This document shows positions 13,378 to 26,347 of a stretch of DNA of 64,000 nucleotides, in pieces. Under the pieces are notes generated by a model that saw only the letters and a list, made by a program, of their open reading frames with translations, ran no database searches and had not been told where the DNA came from. Both the position numbers and the translations under genes were made by a program. Every line of letters starts with the position of its first letter. The first letter of the stretch is position 1. This DNA is from Eledone cirrhosa (lineage: Eukaryota), in the NCBI GenBank assembly GCA_964016885.1, contig OZ024754.1, positions 6,944,001 to 7,008,000 on the forward strand. The letters are read 5' to 3'.

Positions 13378-14566
13378 TCATTTTACATCTGCTTTTCCCT
13401 GCTTGTAAGGGTGGGACGGGAACTGATTCTGGCTTGATTTTTACAGCTGGATGCCCTTCCTAACACCAACCTCATTTACAGTGAGTGCTGGGTGCTTTTT
13501 TTGCCGTGGCACCTCCACGACCACTTTGCAGTCCCTATCATCTCATTTCTACAGCTGAGTAAACTGGAGCAATGTGAAATAAAGTGTCTTGCTCAAGGAA
13601 ACAACACATCACCCGGTCTGAGAATTGAACTCACAACCTTTCGATTGCAAGGCCAATGCCTCCATATTTATATAAACTATATATAGAAAGTGTGCCTCCA
13701 TATTTATATAAACTATATATAGAAAAAAATCTTAGTATCTTATCAAAAATATTATTCACCAAATAAAAATTACAGCCTACTACAGCAGTGAACAAAGAAA
13801 GGAAGATGTTTTTTTTTTTTTTTGCTGAAAGACTAGTTTGTGTGATTAAGATTTAGAAATCTTCTGTGTTAAGAATAGCAGGTGGAGTGCAGTATATGTT
13901 TCTGTTGATCAGCCACTGGAATAAAGAAAGCTTTCTAGAAACATCCTACAACCAGTAGAACTAGCAGAAATTGTTTAAATAAACAGAGTCAGGTACAATA
14001 CAAGTTTGTTAGTCTCTTTAGTGTGGGTTGTTTTTTTTTATTTCTTTTTCTGTTTTTTCCCCATATTGATTTTTTAAATGTTTTTTTTTTTTTTTTGCCA
14101 TTTTCCCCATCTTATTCTATTTGATTATATTTTATAAATATTTAGTATTTAGTGAATTGGTAGAGTCGTTAGGATGTCTGATTAAAAATTCTTCAATATT
14201 TGTTCTGGTTCACTGCGTTCTGAGTTCAAATCCTGCCAGGGTCAATATTACCTTTCACCCTTTCAAGGTTGTCTAACCCATGCTAGCATGGAAAATAGAC
14301 GTTAAACGATGATGAAGGTTGATAAATAAGAATCAATCCAGTACTGGAGTCAATTCTTCCCCCCTCTCTCTCTCTCTCTCTCTCTCCCAAGAAGAAGAAA
14401 TCCTCTGTGTTCCAACTTAGAGAGTGATGGGTTCTACCAGGCTTAAAATGTCCAAGACACACCATGTGCAAGGAAGACACCCCTACCACTCTGCCAGGAA
14501 TTAGGACCTCTTTGCCTTTATTTCATTAATATTATTGTTTGTTTATTTGTTTGTTGTTGTTTTCAG

Positions 14567-14657
14567 AAACTGTTAGACCATTCCAAAGATGAAATAAACA
14601 GGCTGAACAGTCATATATGTTCCTTAGAAGATAAACTTCAACAAGAAAAATTAGCTA
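14567..14657 (+). CDS. TRIP11: TRIP11 exon KLLDHSKDEINRLNSHICSLEDKLQQEKLA
   Basis: ttttcag/GTAAGT, phase 0-1, heptad pattern. Confidence 0.85.
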
Positions 14658-15409
14658 GTAAGTATTTATTTACATCTATCTTTATTTAACCGTACCTAGT
14701 TATAGATGTTGTCATTTACCACCAGGTCTGCCCTTATGCCGGAGAGCTATGATAAACTGTTTGATGTTTGAACAATGCTATTCTTTAATATTTACTATAA
14801 AATGCTCCTAGTCTACATGGTAAAATGGTAAAATTGTAGTGTTGGTGCCACAATATAAAGCACCTAGTTCACTCTGTAAGTGGTAGTGCTGGTGCCATGG
14901 CATAATGCACTCAGTTACCCCTGTAAGTGGTAGTGCTGGTGCCATGACATAATGCACTCAGTTACCCCTGTAAGTGGTAGTGCTGGTGCCATGACAAAAA
15001 GCACTCATTCCACCCTGTAAGGAGGGGGGGGGTGTTGGTGCCACAATAAAATGCTCCCAGTACACACTATAAAGTGGTTGGCATTAGGTAAAGCACCAGA
15101 CCGTAGAAACCAAACCCAAAAAATCAGAATGAAAGAGCAAGATTTGGTCACCTTTCCAGTCTAACTTCAGACTGTAACAAACCTGTCTAACCCATGCAAG
15201 CATGAAAAATAGATGTTGAATGGTGATGATGATGATGATGATGATGATAATGATGACTGGAATATTTACTTTATGACAATATTACACAAATTCATGACAC
15301 ACATTCCTGCATGTACACACACACATATACATGTATGTACACACACACATATGCATGTATGTATACACACACACAATATCATTTTAAAACTAATTTTGGT
15401 TTGTTTCAG

Positions 15410-15480
15410 AGAAAGAAGTCGATGTTCGAAACAAAGGAATAGAAGTTGAATCTAAGGAGAGTGAAGAGGAAAAAGGAGCT
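15410..15480 (+). CDS. TRIP11: TRIP11 exon (K)KEVDVRNKGIEVESKESEEEKGA
   Basis: tttcag/GTGAGT, phase 1-0. Confidence 0.8.
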
Positions 15481-15750
15481 GTGAGTTATTTATATATATA
15501 TAACTGCATGCATACACATATATACATACATGCACATACATATACACATACATATACACATACATATACACATATATGTACACACTTGCATATGTACATA
15601 CATTAATGCATACATGTCTACACACCTGCATATATTCATATACATTTATATAAACTCTTGCATATGTACATATATATATATACACATATATACACACTTG
15701 CATATGTACATATATATATATATACACATATATAAACACTTGCATATGTA

Positions 15751-16284
15751 CATCATCATCATCATCATCATCACCGTTTTACGTCCGTTCTTCCACGCTA
15801 GCATGGGTTAGACGGGTTGTCCTGTTGTGAGCAGTGTCTGGTCGGCTGACCATGCCTTGCTCATACAGGAACTGATCTGGCTTGATTTCTACAGCTGGAT
15901 GCCCTTCCTAACACCAACCTCATTTACAGTGAGTGCTGGGTGCTTTTTCGTGGCACCTACACGTCCACTTTACAGTGTGGGCTGGGTGCTTTTTTGCCGT
16001 GGCACCTCCACGACCACCTTGCGGTGGGGGAGTGGGGGCATATTGTTTATATGCTCCAGCATGTACCCATGGGAGGTCGGGTACCCTGTATTACTGTGTG
16101 ACGCCAGAAGTCACGGTCATGTGTCATTGTCTTTGAGAGGTGTAGTTGGGTAAGGTCGGCTTTTATCACCTCATCCCAAGTCATCTTGGGTCTCCCCACT
16201 CCGCGGTTTCCATCAACTTCTAGTGCTCTGCACCTTTTTATGCAGCTGTCATCCTTCATACGCATCACATGTCCATACCAGCGT

Positions 16285-16286
<2 letters not shown>
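15751..16286 (-). mobile_element. RTE LINE 3' fragment (second family); shorter copy at 10121-10496
   Basis: [29 protein letters not shown] plus UTR and (GAT)n tail. Confidence 0.9.
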
Positions 16287-16332
<46 letters not shown>

Positions 16333-16846
16333 TAAACACTTGCATATGTACATATATATATATATATACACATATATAAACACTTGCATATGTACATATA
16401 TATATATAGACATATATAAACATTTGCATATGTACATATATATATATACACATATATAAACATTTGCATATGTACACACCATTAATGCATACATATATAT
16501 ATATATACACTTGCATATGTACATACATTAATGCATACATATATATATATACACTTGCATATGTACATACATTAATGCATACATATATATACACTTTCAT
16601 ATGTACATATACATACAGTTGCATATGTACATATATACATATATACACAGTTACATATGTACATACATTAATTGTTTCTACTTTTTGGCACAAGGCCAGC
16701 AATTACCCAGTGTATTACTGGTACTTTATTTTATCGACCCCGTAAGGATGACAGGCAAAGTCAACCTCAGCGGGGTTTGAACTCAAATCGTTAAGGGACG
16801 TAACTATGCTGGAAAGCATGGCGTCCGACCCTCTACCGATACTGCC

Positions 16847-17090
16847 ACATACATTAATGATGGCTGCAAACTCTCGCTAAGAGTGTTGCAATCACTTGTC
16901 AGATTCAGATGTGTGACGCTTGGATATGGCTTTTCAAGCCTGCTAGAGACTTGCACCCCTTGGCACATTGATGACAACTATGGATCTCCCTGGCCTCAGG
17001 TCTTGCACCAGGTTGCCTGTGACCCTTCACATGGCGCTTCAGTCCTGCCACAGATCAACATTCTTGGACACATTCATTACATTCATTACA
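16847..17090 (-). mobile_element. Probable LINE C-terminus with two degenerate C2H2 fingers
   Basis: [42 protein letters not shown]. Confidence 0.55.
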
Positions 17091-17124
17091 TTAATACATA
17101 CATATTTACATATATATATATAAT

Positions 17125-17453
17125 GGAGGCACATGGCTTAGTGGTTAGAGCATTGGCCCTGCAATCGAAAGGATGTGAGTTCAATTCTCAGACCGGGTGA
17201 TGTGTTGTTTCCTTGAGCAAGACACTTTATTTCACATTGTTCCAGTTTACTCAGCTGTAGAAATGAAATGATAGGGACTGGAGTCCCTATTATTCCACTG
17301 CAAAGTGGTCGTGGAGGTGCCAAAAAAGCACCCAGCACTCACTGTAAATGAGGTTGGTGTTAGGAAGGGCATCCAGCTGTAGAAAGCAAGCCAGAATCAG
17401 TTCCCGTCCCACCCTTACAAGCAGGGAAAAGTGGACGTAAAATGATGATGATG
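17125..17453 (+). mobile_element. tRNA-derived composite SINE family 2 (CORE/Meta-like body, RTE-like tail); copies 13374-13665(-), 20219-20584; related heads 23085-23252, 47350-47675
   Basis: TGGCTTAGTGGTTAGAGC A box, GAGTTCAATTC B box, CCTTGAGCAAGACACTTT body, tail shared with the RTE 3'UTR, (GAT)n. Confidence 0.82.
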
Positions 17454-17541
17454 TGTAAAAGGTAAACAGATATAACAACACAATCGGTACAGTATATGGA
17501 AGGGATATATTAGGTTAATGCTTGATATAGCAGGAAGAGGG

Positions 17542-17577
17542 TCTTAACGTTTCGGACGCTAGGCCTTCATCAGAAGA
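17542..17577 (-). ncRNA. Minimal hammerhead motif, family A
   Basis: UCUU-CUGAUGA-A-GGCC UAGC GUCC-GAAACGUU-AAGA. Confidence 0.72.
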
Positions 17578-17659
17578 AAGAATGAGAAATTGAAATGAGA
17601 ATGAAAAAAAAACAAAATATATATGTATATAAATATATATCTATGTATGTATGTGTATA

Positions 17660-17703
<44 letters not shown>

Positions 17704-17912
17704 TATTATTTAGTTTTTTTATGTGTCTCTTTATGCAAAAGGTCAAAGAACATATGTTTATAGGTGGGTTGGCCTTGTTTGTTTTGTGTTACTCAATTGT
17801 AAACGTGTTTCAATTTATTGTATTACATTTCCCTCCAATCCCTCTTATATGTGTATGTATCTATGTATAAATATATACATACATACTTATATATATCTAA
17901 ATATATATGTGT

Positions 17913-18016
<104 letters not shown>

Positions 18017-18055
18017 TGCAAGCAGGGAAAAGCTGACGTAAAATGATGATGATAC

Positions 18056-18086
<31 letters not shown>

Positions 18087-18321
18087 GAAATTAAAGAAAT
18101 TATTTAGCCTGATAGTGGGGTTAAGAACCCTCGGAGAAATGGAAAAAGATGAGTATTGACGTACATGGGAGTCCAATTCTCCGAGGGTTCTTAACCCCAC
18201 TATCAGGCTAAATAATTTCTTTAATTTCTTTAGTCAAAATACGGCGATAGCTTACATTTCTAATAATTTCAAACCTACTCGCTGTTTCAAAAATATTCTT
18301 ACTTGATATATATATATATAC

Positions 18322-18396
<75 letters not shown>

Positions 18397-18461
18397 TATA
18401 CATATAAATATATATATATACATATAAATATATATATATACATATAAATATATATATATAC

Positions 18462-18498
<37 letters not shown>

Positions 18499-18502
18499 TA
18501 TT

Positions 18503-18538
<36 letters not shown>

Positions 18539-18740
18539 TATACATACATATATTTATATATACAGTCCATATATGGACTGTACCCCTTGATAAGTTCAGC
18601 TAGATTCCCACTGTTCTAATACTGGTGGCTTAGTTCAGATTTAGCTGTTAAAACAGCTGGAGCTCAGCTGTTGGGGTCCCGACTCTTTTCCTATATATAT
18701 ATATACATATATATATGTACATATATACATATATATGTCC

Positions 18741-18783
<43 letters not shown>

Positions 18784-18969
18784 ATACATATATATATATA
18801 TATATACATAATACATATATATATATATATGATGATGATATATATATATATTCAGAAACGAAATATATATATTCCATTTTGACATTATAGTCACTTATAT
18901 ATTATGAAATACTGTTGGCTTCACGCTCACAATAATTTATATACTTTCATTTATATATATACATATATG

Positions 18970-19000
<31 letters not shown>

Positions 19001-19375
19001 ATGTATGTATGTATGTGTGTGTGTTTTTTAATGAGCTTTTGTGTTGTATGAGCTGCTGTAACTAATAAAAGAAACCTTTGTTATTATATTGCCTACATAT
19101 GTTACCCATGTGTTGTATATATGGGCCGTTGTTGCAAACAAAGATGATTATTATTCAAAGTTTACTTAGCTGTAGAAATAAGATGATAGGACTGGGGTCC
19201 CTATCATTCCACTGCAAAGTGGTCATGGAGGCGCCACAGAAAAAAAAGCACCCAGCCCTCACTGTAAATGAGGTTGGTATTAGGAAGGGCATCCAGCTGT
19301 AGAAATCAAGCCAGAATCAGTTCTGGCTTGATTTCTACAGCTGGATGTCCTTACTTCATCAATTAATCTTTAATT

Positions 19376-19420
19376 GCTGACAGTGTTTCTTCCTTGCATA
19401 ATTGCAGGACTCATCAGAGC
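19376..19420 (-). ncRNA. Hammerhead motif, family D
   Basis: GCU-CUGAUGA-GUCCUGCA AUUA UGCAAGGAA-GAAACACUGUC-AGC; GUC site, imperfect stem II base. Confidence 0.68.
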
Positions 19421-20145
19421 GCTATAAAGAGGAATTAGATCAATAGTATAAACTCTAATGACCTATATCACAAGAACGATATATATGTAGCACAGAGGAC
19501 TAAGAAGAGGGGGGTGCTTGGACGATGCATCACCACTAGAAGCCGATACATATAGGACCAAAATCAGTTACAATAATTAAAGATAAGGAAAAATAAGGAA
19601 AAATAATTAAAGATAGGAAAAATAAAGGATAAGGAAATTAAAGATAAGAGATAAAACATAAAGGGTAGAGTCTAGAAGTAAGGATAAAATAAACATATCA
19701 ATAAAGTGATGATAATATAAGGAAATATAAAAAAATAATAACAAATAATAAAAATAAACATTAGAATAAAAAATAGGTGATAAAAATAAAAATGAAACAT
19801 AAAAGACAAAACATTATATAAGCAATGCAAATAAATGCAAGTAAATTATATATATATATAAAGTACCAGTAATGCACTGGGTAATTGCTGGCCTTGTGCC
19901 TAAAGTAGAAACAATTATATATATATATATAATAGTAGAACACTGGTGGGTTACATCCGTAGTAGTAGAGCACTCAGTCCAATGGACGAGTTTGGTAGAA
20001 TTAGTCCCACAACAGTTAGTTCACCATACCGAGAGCAAATGTTTAACCATAAACGGATCTTCAGCTTGATCCCACAACCGATCTGAAGATCCACTTAAGG
20101 TGAAACATTTGTTCTCGATATGGTGAACTAACTGTTGTGGAACTA

Positions 20146-20220
<75 letters not shown>

Positions 20221-20612
20221 AGGCACATGGCTTAGTGGTTAGAGCATTGGCCTTGCAATTCTCAGACCAGGTGATGTGTTGTTTCCTTGAGCAAGACACT
20301 TTATTTCACATTGCTCCAGTTTACTCAGCTGTAGAAATGAGATGATAGGGACCCCAGTCCCTATCATCTCATTTCTACAGCTGAGTAAACTGGGGTCCCT
20401 ATCATTCCACTGCAAAGTGGTCGTGGAGGTGCCACGGCAAAAAAGCACCCAGCACTCACTATAAATGAGGTTAGTGTTAGGAAGGGCATCCAGCTGTAGA
20501 AATCAAGCCAGAATCAGTTCCTGTCCCACCCTTGCAAGCAGGGAAAAGTGGACGTAAAATGATGATGATGATGATGATGATGATATATATATATATATTT
20601 AAATATATATAT

Positions 20613-20649
<37 letters not shown>

Positions 20650-22220
20650 ATATATATATGTGTGTATAGCCATTTTCCCCAAAATGGCTGACTGAGCACA
20701 CACATGCTTTTTCTCCAAAAATTTATATACATATATATATATATATGCAAAAGAAATAACAGAAATAACGAAGCAAATGACACAGTTCAGTGAAGAAATA
20801 TATTATATTTACAGTCTAAAGGTTACCTCAATCCTTTCGATACCAACATCCATCAGAACCAGCTGTTGGTTGTTTTATTAAACAAAATCACCCATTTTTA
20901 AGTGTTCCTAATAAAATAAAAATCTTCCAATATAATTTTCAAGAAGAACCATGTGTTAACCCTTTAGCATTCACAATACTCTATATATACTATTATATTT
21001 TCATGGTAATTATCTCACATAATATCGAATCTATGAGATTTTGAAAATATTTATTTTGAGAACAATACCTTAACATCAGTTTGAGTGACCAGTTACAGCC
21101 AGTTTCAACAGAAAAAGGTAGAGAATTTTGGCCGGTTTGAACATTAAAGGGAGTGTTCCTAATAAAAATTAAAACCTTCCAATATAATTTTCAAGAAGAA
21201 CCATGTGTTAAATGTACTTAATATACTGAAATAATCAATAATTTTTATTAAATCCCTCAAAATTATTTTTTAATCAATTGAAATAGTTTGTCTTTCATTA
21301 AAAATATGATCTGAAAATGTTTACGATGCTTTATGTTTAAGTATAGTAAAATTGAAAAGAAGATTAGACACAGGCACAAACTCAGATATATACATAAATT
21401 GGGTCATAAGTAGTTGAAATAGTATAGGATACCACCTTCCAGTTGCCCAGTCATGTATTTCATTTATTTCTTCAATCATATGACATGATATACATGACTG
21501 AACATGAATCTGTCTTTGGACTGTTCTATATAAAACTGCCCAAACTCCTCCCCTGGTTTACAGCACAATGATGTTTAATTTATAGTGTTTATTATCTAAG
21601 AACTTTCCATCATAATTTCATATAAGAACTTTGTTATTAAGTTATGCTCCAGTGCTCTAGACACCTGTTAAATAATGAGAAATTGCTCTAAATTATTAGA
21701 AATATGGTAACAAAAAGGTTAAGGTATTTATATTTATCTAAATATCTTCCATCATAATTTAATGTAAGAATGTTGGTTAAGTTTTGCTCTAAACATCAGT
21801 TTGATAATAAAAGAGTTATATTACTAAAAATCTCCCAAATTTTGATAATTTTTTTAAATGATTTGAAATACAAAAGGGAGTGTTTTTTATGAGAAATATG
21901 GGCATGAAAGGGTTAATGATCGACTACAAAGAATTTGGACATTTCTTTTCAATTAAAACATTAAGGAGCAGATATATGTAGTGGACTTGGGTTGGGACTG
22001 GTTAATCATAATAAAAACAGTATATGATTAAGAAGATCTGAAAGAGAAGCAGGGAGAGTTTGCAGGTCAGAGAAAGGGAAACGGAGATACATTGAGATAC
22101 AGAGAGAGAGAAAGACAGAGAGAGAGAATTATTGACAGTGAAAGAATGTGCGTGTTTAAGATGAAAGAATATATTTGAGTATTCTTTTCATGTAACAAAT
22201 ACCTTGTTTACTCATTACAG

Positions 22221-22260
22221 GTGGATCAGAAGGGAGAAAACGCTGAAAGTGACTTTGAGG
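22221..22260 (+). CDS. TRIP11: TRIP11 small exon VDQKGENAESDFE
   Basis: ttacag/GTGAGT, 40 nt, phase 0-1, needed to keep the frame. Confidence 0.78.
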
Positions 22261-23709
22261 GTGAGTAACTTCAACAAGGGTTTCTTTCTATTACCATATT
22301 ATTATTATTTATTTTTTTACTGTTTAGTCAGTGAGAAAAGGGCAGTAACTATGACCCTTTTCCGCTCCAATGACTGCTGGGAAGAAGGGAGGAAGACATC
22401 TTCAAACTAGAGACCTGGCTCAAATACTTGCAATAAAGTGAATTCTGATAAAACTACCCAAGGGTAGTATCTGACACATCCTGTTTGCCTACAGAAACAG
22501 TTATATACATTATATGCTTACTGATAGTGGGACTGTTTCCACCATGTTCCTAACTACAGTAACATATAAAAAACAGACATCTGTCTGATGAGAACACATC
22601 AAAGGGTTATTATGCAATCACTTTTTAGCAATTAAACACTTGGTTGTTTACTGTATTTAATATTGGTGGTAGAAAGGAGCCGTAAAAATGATATAAATTT
22701 ATAGGCTGCGGGTTTATGTTTTTAGTACATGTGGAAGGATCAAATCAGAAAGTACACGTTAAAATATAACAAAGGTTTATTTTCTTCCGTAAATTAATAC
22801 AAGCACTGAAAGAGTGAAAAGCTGCAAGCATACCACATAATTAAGTTGAACGAAAACGTGTGTGAAATATATTTAAGTAGGAAGAAATGTTGCTGGGTCC
22901 TTGCTGAGAGGGCAAAATTTCTTGGTAAGTGCTACATCTTGCTAGATATCGACCGACAATGTAATTAGTGAGGTCTTGTGTCCATGAATGAAGGCCATAA
23001 CTGGTAGGTAGAAGTGAAAAAAGGCGTGAAACAGCTGTTGGGTGGAAGTTGCCTTTGTTATTCATACACCTCCAAGCTAAGGGAGAAGGTACATGGCTTA
23101 GTGGTTAGAGCATTGGGCTTGCAATCGAAAGGTTGTGAGTTCAGTTCTCGGACCAGGTGATGTGTTGTTTCCTTGAGCAAGACACTTTATTTCACGTTGC
23201 TCCAGTTTATTCAGCTGTAGAAATAAGATGATAGGAGTGGGGTCTCTATCATTAAATTACCCAAGACACCTCCGAGATATACCTTGGAGGAGGTCAGCTA
23301 AACCTGCATAGGTGTGAGTTGTCACACACACACACACACACACACACACAGCCTAAGGGCTGGTGAGTGACAAAATTATTCCACAGCTATGAATTAGTGC
23401 CATTGCTTGCTACAACTTTGATGACTTTGAAATACATATAAGAGGGTTATATAATAAACAGAGGATGTACACTTAAAACTCTCTCCCTTCTTTATAACAT
23501 GGCTGAGTGGTTAGAGAATTGGATTCGCAATCGTGAGGTTGTGATTTCGATTCCCAGACCGGGCGATGCGTTATGTCCTTGAGCAAGACACTTTATTTCC
23601 CATTTCTCCTTCTACCTGGAGTTGCAATCAATAGATAGTATTAGCAATTTGAAAGGCCCATGGAAATTTTGTTTCCTCGGTCCGATTTGACGAAAGTCGA
23701 TCGACTGAC

Positions 23710-23768
<59 letters not shown>

Positions 23769-23831
23769 TCGTTTAACATCCTTTTTCCACGTTAGCATAT
23801 ATATATTTAATGTCTTTTGTTGTTCATGCAG

Positions 23832-23957
23832 AGTCATTGGAATATTGGAAGAATGAAATTAGGGACTTGAAGAACCAAAATCTTGTACTCCTCAAAGAGA
23901 ATACCAGCTTCAAAAAACACTTTGAAGAAACCTCAAAGCCAATCACAGAATTAGAAG
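23832..23957 (+). CDS. TRIP11: TRIP11 exon (E)SLEYWKNEIRDLKNQNLVLLKENTSFKKHFEETSKPITELE
   Basis: tgcag/GTAAG, phase 1-1. Confidence 0.85.
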
Positions 23958-24703
23958 GTAAGCTAAACAAATCAGTTATTGTTGTTTAGACCTAGATTAT
24001 CCACTTTCAATTAGCACCTATGAGCATAGGTATTTTAGTCATCATCTCATCTTTATGTATATTAGCAGAAAAACAACCTTTCGGGTGGTTTTCTGCTAGC
24101 ATGTGTAGTGTGTGTATTGATATTATACGCAAGTATATATACATGTAGATATGATACATCAAATAAACTCGTAATTGACAATATACACAGAAATTGAACG
24201 AAGACTGTGCTGCACTCTCTTATGTAATCAGTAACGTAATCCATGATACACTATACATGAAATTTTTGTAAATCTGTTATATATATGTGAAGTATGCCAC
24301 TTACATAGGTTATGGAGAGCTCTTCAGTCGAGTAAGTGACTGGCAATATGAGAAAATGTACCCAGTACACTCTGTAAAGTGTTACTGTTAGAGATTCCAG
24401 CTGTAGAAACCAAATCAAATGGTTGAGATGACCCTTCAGGCACAACACAACATCTCTAGTTCTGATGTCACGGAAAATGCACCCAGTACACACTCTAAGG
24501 AGGTTGACGAAAGGAAGGGCATCAGGCAGTAGAAACCATGCGAAGCAAAGGGTTGAAAGGGCCCTTCAGTTGTGTCAAGTGCATGACAACCTCTCTAGTG
24601 TTGGTGATAAGATAAATGTCCCCATTACATCCCATACGGTGGTTGGTAACAGGAAGGACATCCAGCTGTAGAAACCATTCGAAAGGAAGTAAGTAATGAT
24701 GTT

Positions 24704-25177
24704 AACCAGACAAAAGGGTGCAGTGTGGAACTGCTTTCATTCATGTGCATGCCAAGCTCACTTGATGCAGTAATGGGATTGAACCTGACAAAAGGGTGCA
24801 GTGTGGAACTGCTTTCATTCATGTGCATGCCAAGCTCACTTGATGCAGCAATGGGATTGAACCTGACAAAAGGGTGCAGTGTGGAACTGCTTTCATTCAT
24901 GTGCATGCCAAGCTCACTTGATGCAGTAATGGGATTGAACCAGACAAAAGGGTGCAGTGTGGAACTGCTTTCATTCATGTGCATGCCAAGCTCACTTGAT
25001 GCAGCAATGGGATTGAACCTGACAAAAGGGTGCAGTGTGGAACTGCTTTCATTCATGTGCATGCCAAGCTCACTTGATGCAGTAATGGGATTGAACCAGA
25101 CAAAAGGGTGCAGTGTGGAACTGCTTTCATTCATGTGCATGCCAAGCTCACTTGATGCAGCAATGGGATTGAACCAG
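24704..25177. repeat. 78-bp tandem repeat, 6 copies
   Basis: units start at 24704, 24782, 24860, 24938, 25016 and 25094. Confidence 0.95.
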
Positions 25178-25301
25178 GGCCCTGATTATTACAAATTAAA
25201 ATTCTGAACCATTTGGACACAAATCTCACACACACACACACACACTTGCATACGCACATATATATATATATATCTATATATATTCTTTTTTCTTTTCACA
25301 G

Positions 25302-25356
25302 GAAACATGAGTTGGGACCATTATGATGAATTAGAAAGATCTAATGTGCTTCAGTG
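25302..25356 (+). CDS. TRIP11: TRIP11 exon (G)NMSWDHYDELERSNVLQ
   Basis: long pyrimidine tract plus cag, GTTAGT donor, phase 1-2, needed to keep the frame. Confidence 0.78.
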
Positions 25357-26073
25357 GTTAGTATTTTTGATTCTCAATTAGGAGCATAAGCTAAATGAAT
25401 GGTTTAGAAATTCATTCTCTCTTTCTCTGAGCTAAAAGACATTTCACAAGCTCTCTACCATATCTACAATTATTCTACTACTTCCACAAGCCCTCAACCA
25501 CTTACACAAGCCCTCTACCATATCCACAAGCCCTCTACTACTTCCACAAGTCCTCCACCATATACACAAGTCCTCCAGCATATCCACAAGTCCTCTACTA
25601 CTTTCAAAAGTCCTCTACCACTTCCAAAAGACGCCTACCATTTCCAAAAGGCCCCAACCACTTCAACAAGGCCCCTACCACATCCTCAAGTCCCCTACCA
25701 TTTCCACAACTGCGATTAATGCTTTCATTAACATACTTCTAATGAAAGACACAACCTGGGATTTTTGAATATTTTTGAAAATAATCCAGAATTTTGAAAG
25801 ATTTAGTACTATAACTTTCCCATCATTAAACTGGTGTTTGCAACATAACTTCATAAAGGGTCTTAAATAAAATTATGAATGTTTTTCGATAAATATAATC
25901 ACTTTAAAACAAACAACTTTGTATCACGGAACCAGAGGCATTTTTTCTGGGTTTGGTCTCAAAAGTGTTAAGCTTGCTATGCATAGAACATGCAAAGGTG
26001 GGAAAATGAATCTAAAATGCTTGAAAGAGAAGGATGACACCTGACAAAACTGGTTAAATATTTGTGTTTTCAG

Positions 26074-26347
26074 TGCTGCTCTTGGGTCATTTGATGATGA
26101 GGGTACCATGCAGAATTTAGATGACGACGACTGTGAAAATAAACATGTCTCCCGAACTGAGATGCTAGATGAACAGATGTCTGCTCTACAGAAACAAGTG
26201 GAAAAATATGAGAGGGAGATAGAGCGCTTTGAGTACTTGAAGTCTGATTGGCAACTGGAGAAAGAAGCTCTTGAGGATGTCCTCATGAATCTACGGAACC
26301 AACTGAAGGATAAGGAATCTTCCATCAACTCTGTTCAAGATCAAAGG
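26074..26347 (+). CDS. TRIP11: TRIP11 exon (C)AALGSFDDEGTMQNL...SSINSVQDQR
   Basis: ttttcag/GTGAGT, phase 2-0, coiled-coil ORF 26108.. Confidence 0.88.

Noticed and set aside
17125-17200. tRNA gene
   Set aside because: A and B boxes continue into a multicopy SINE body; no complete cloverleaf
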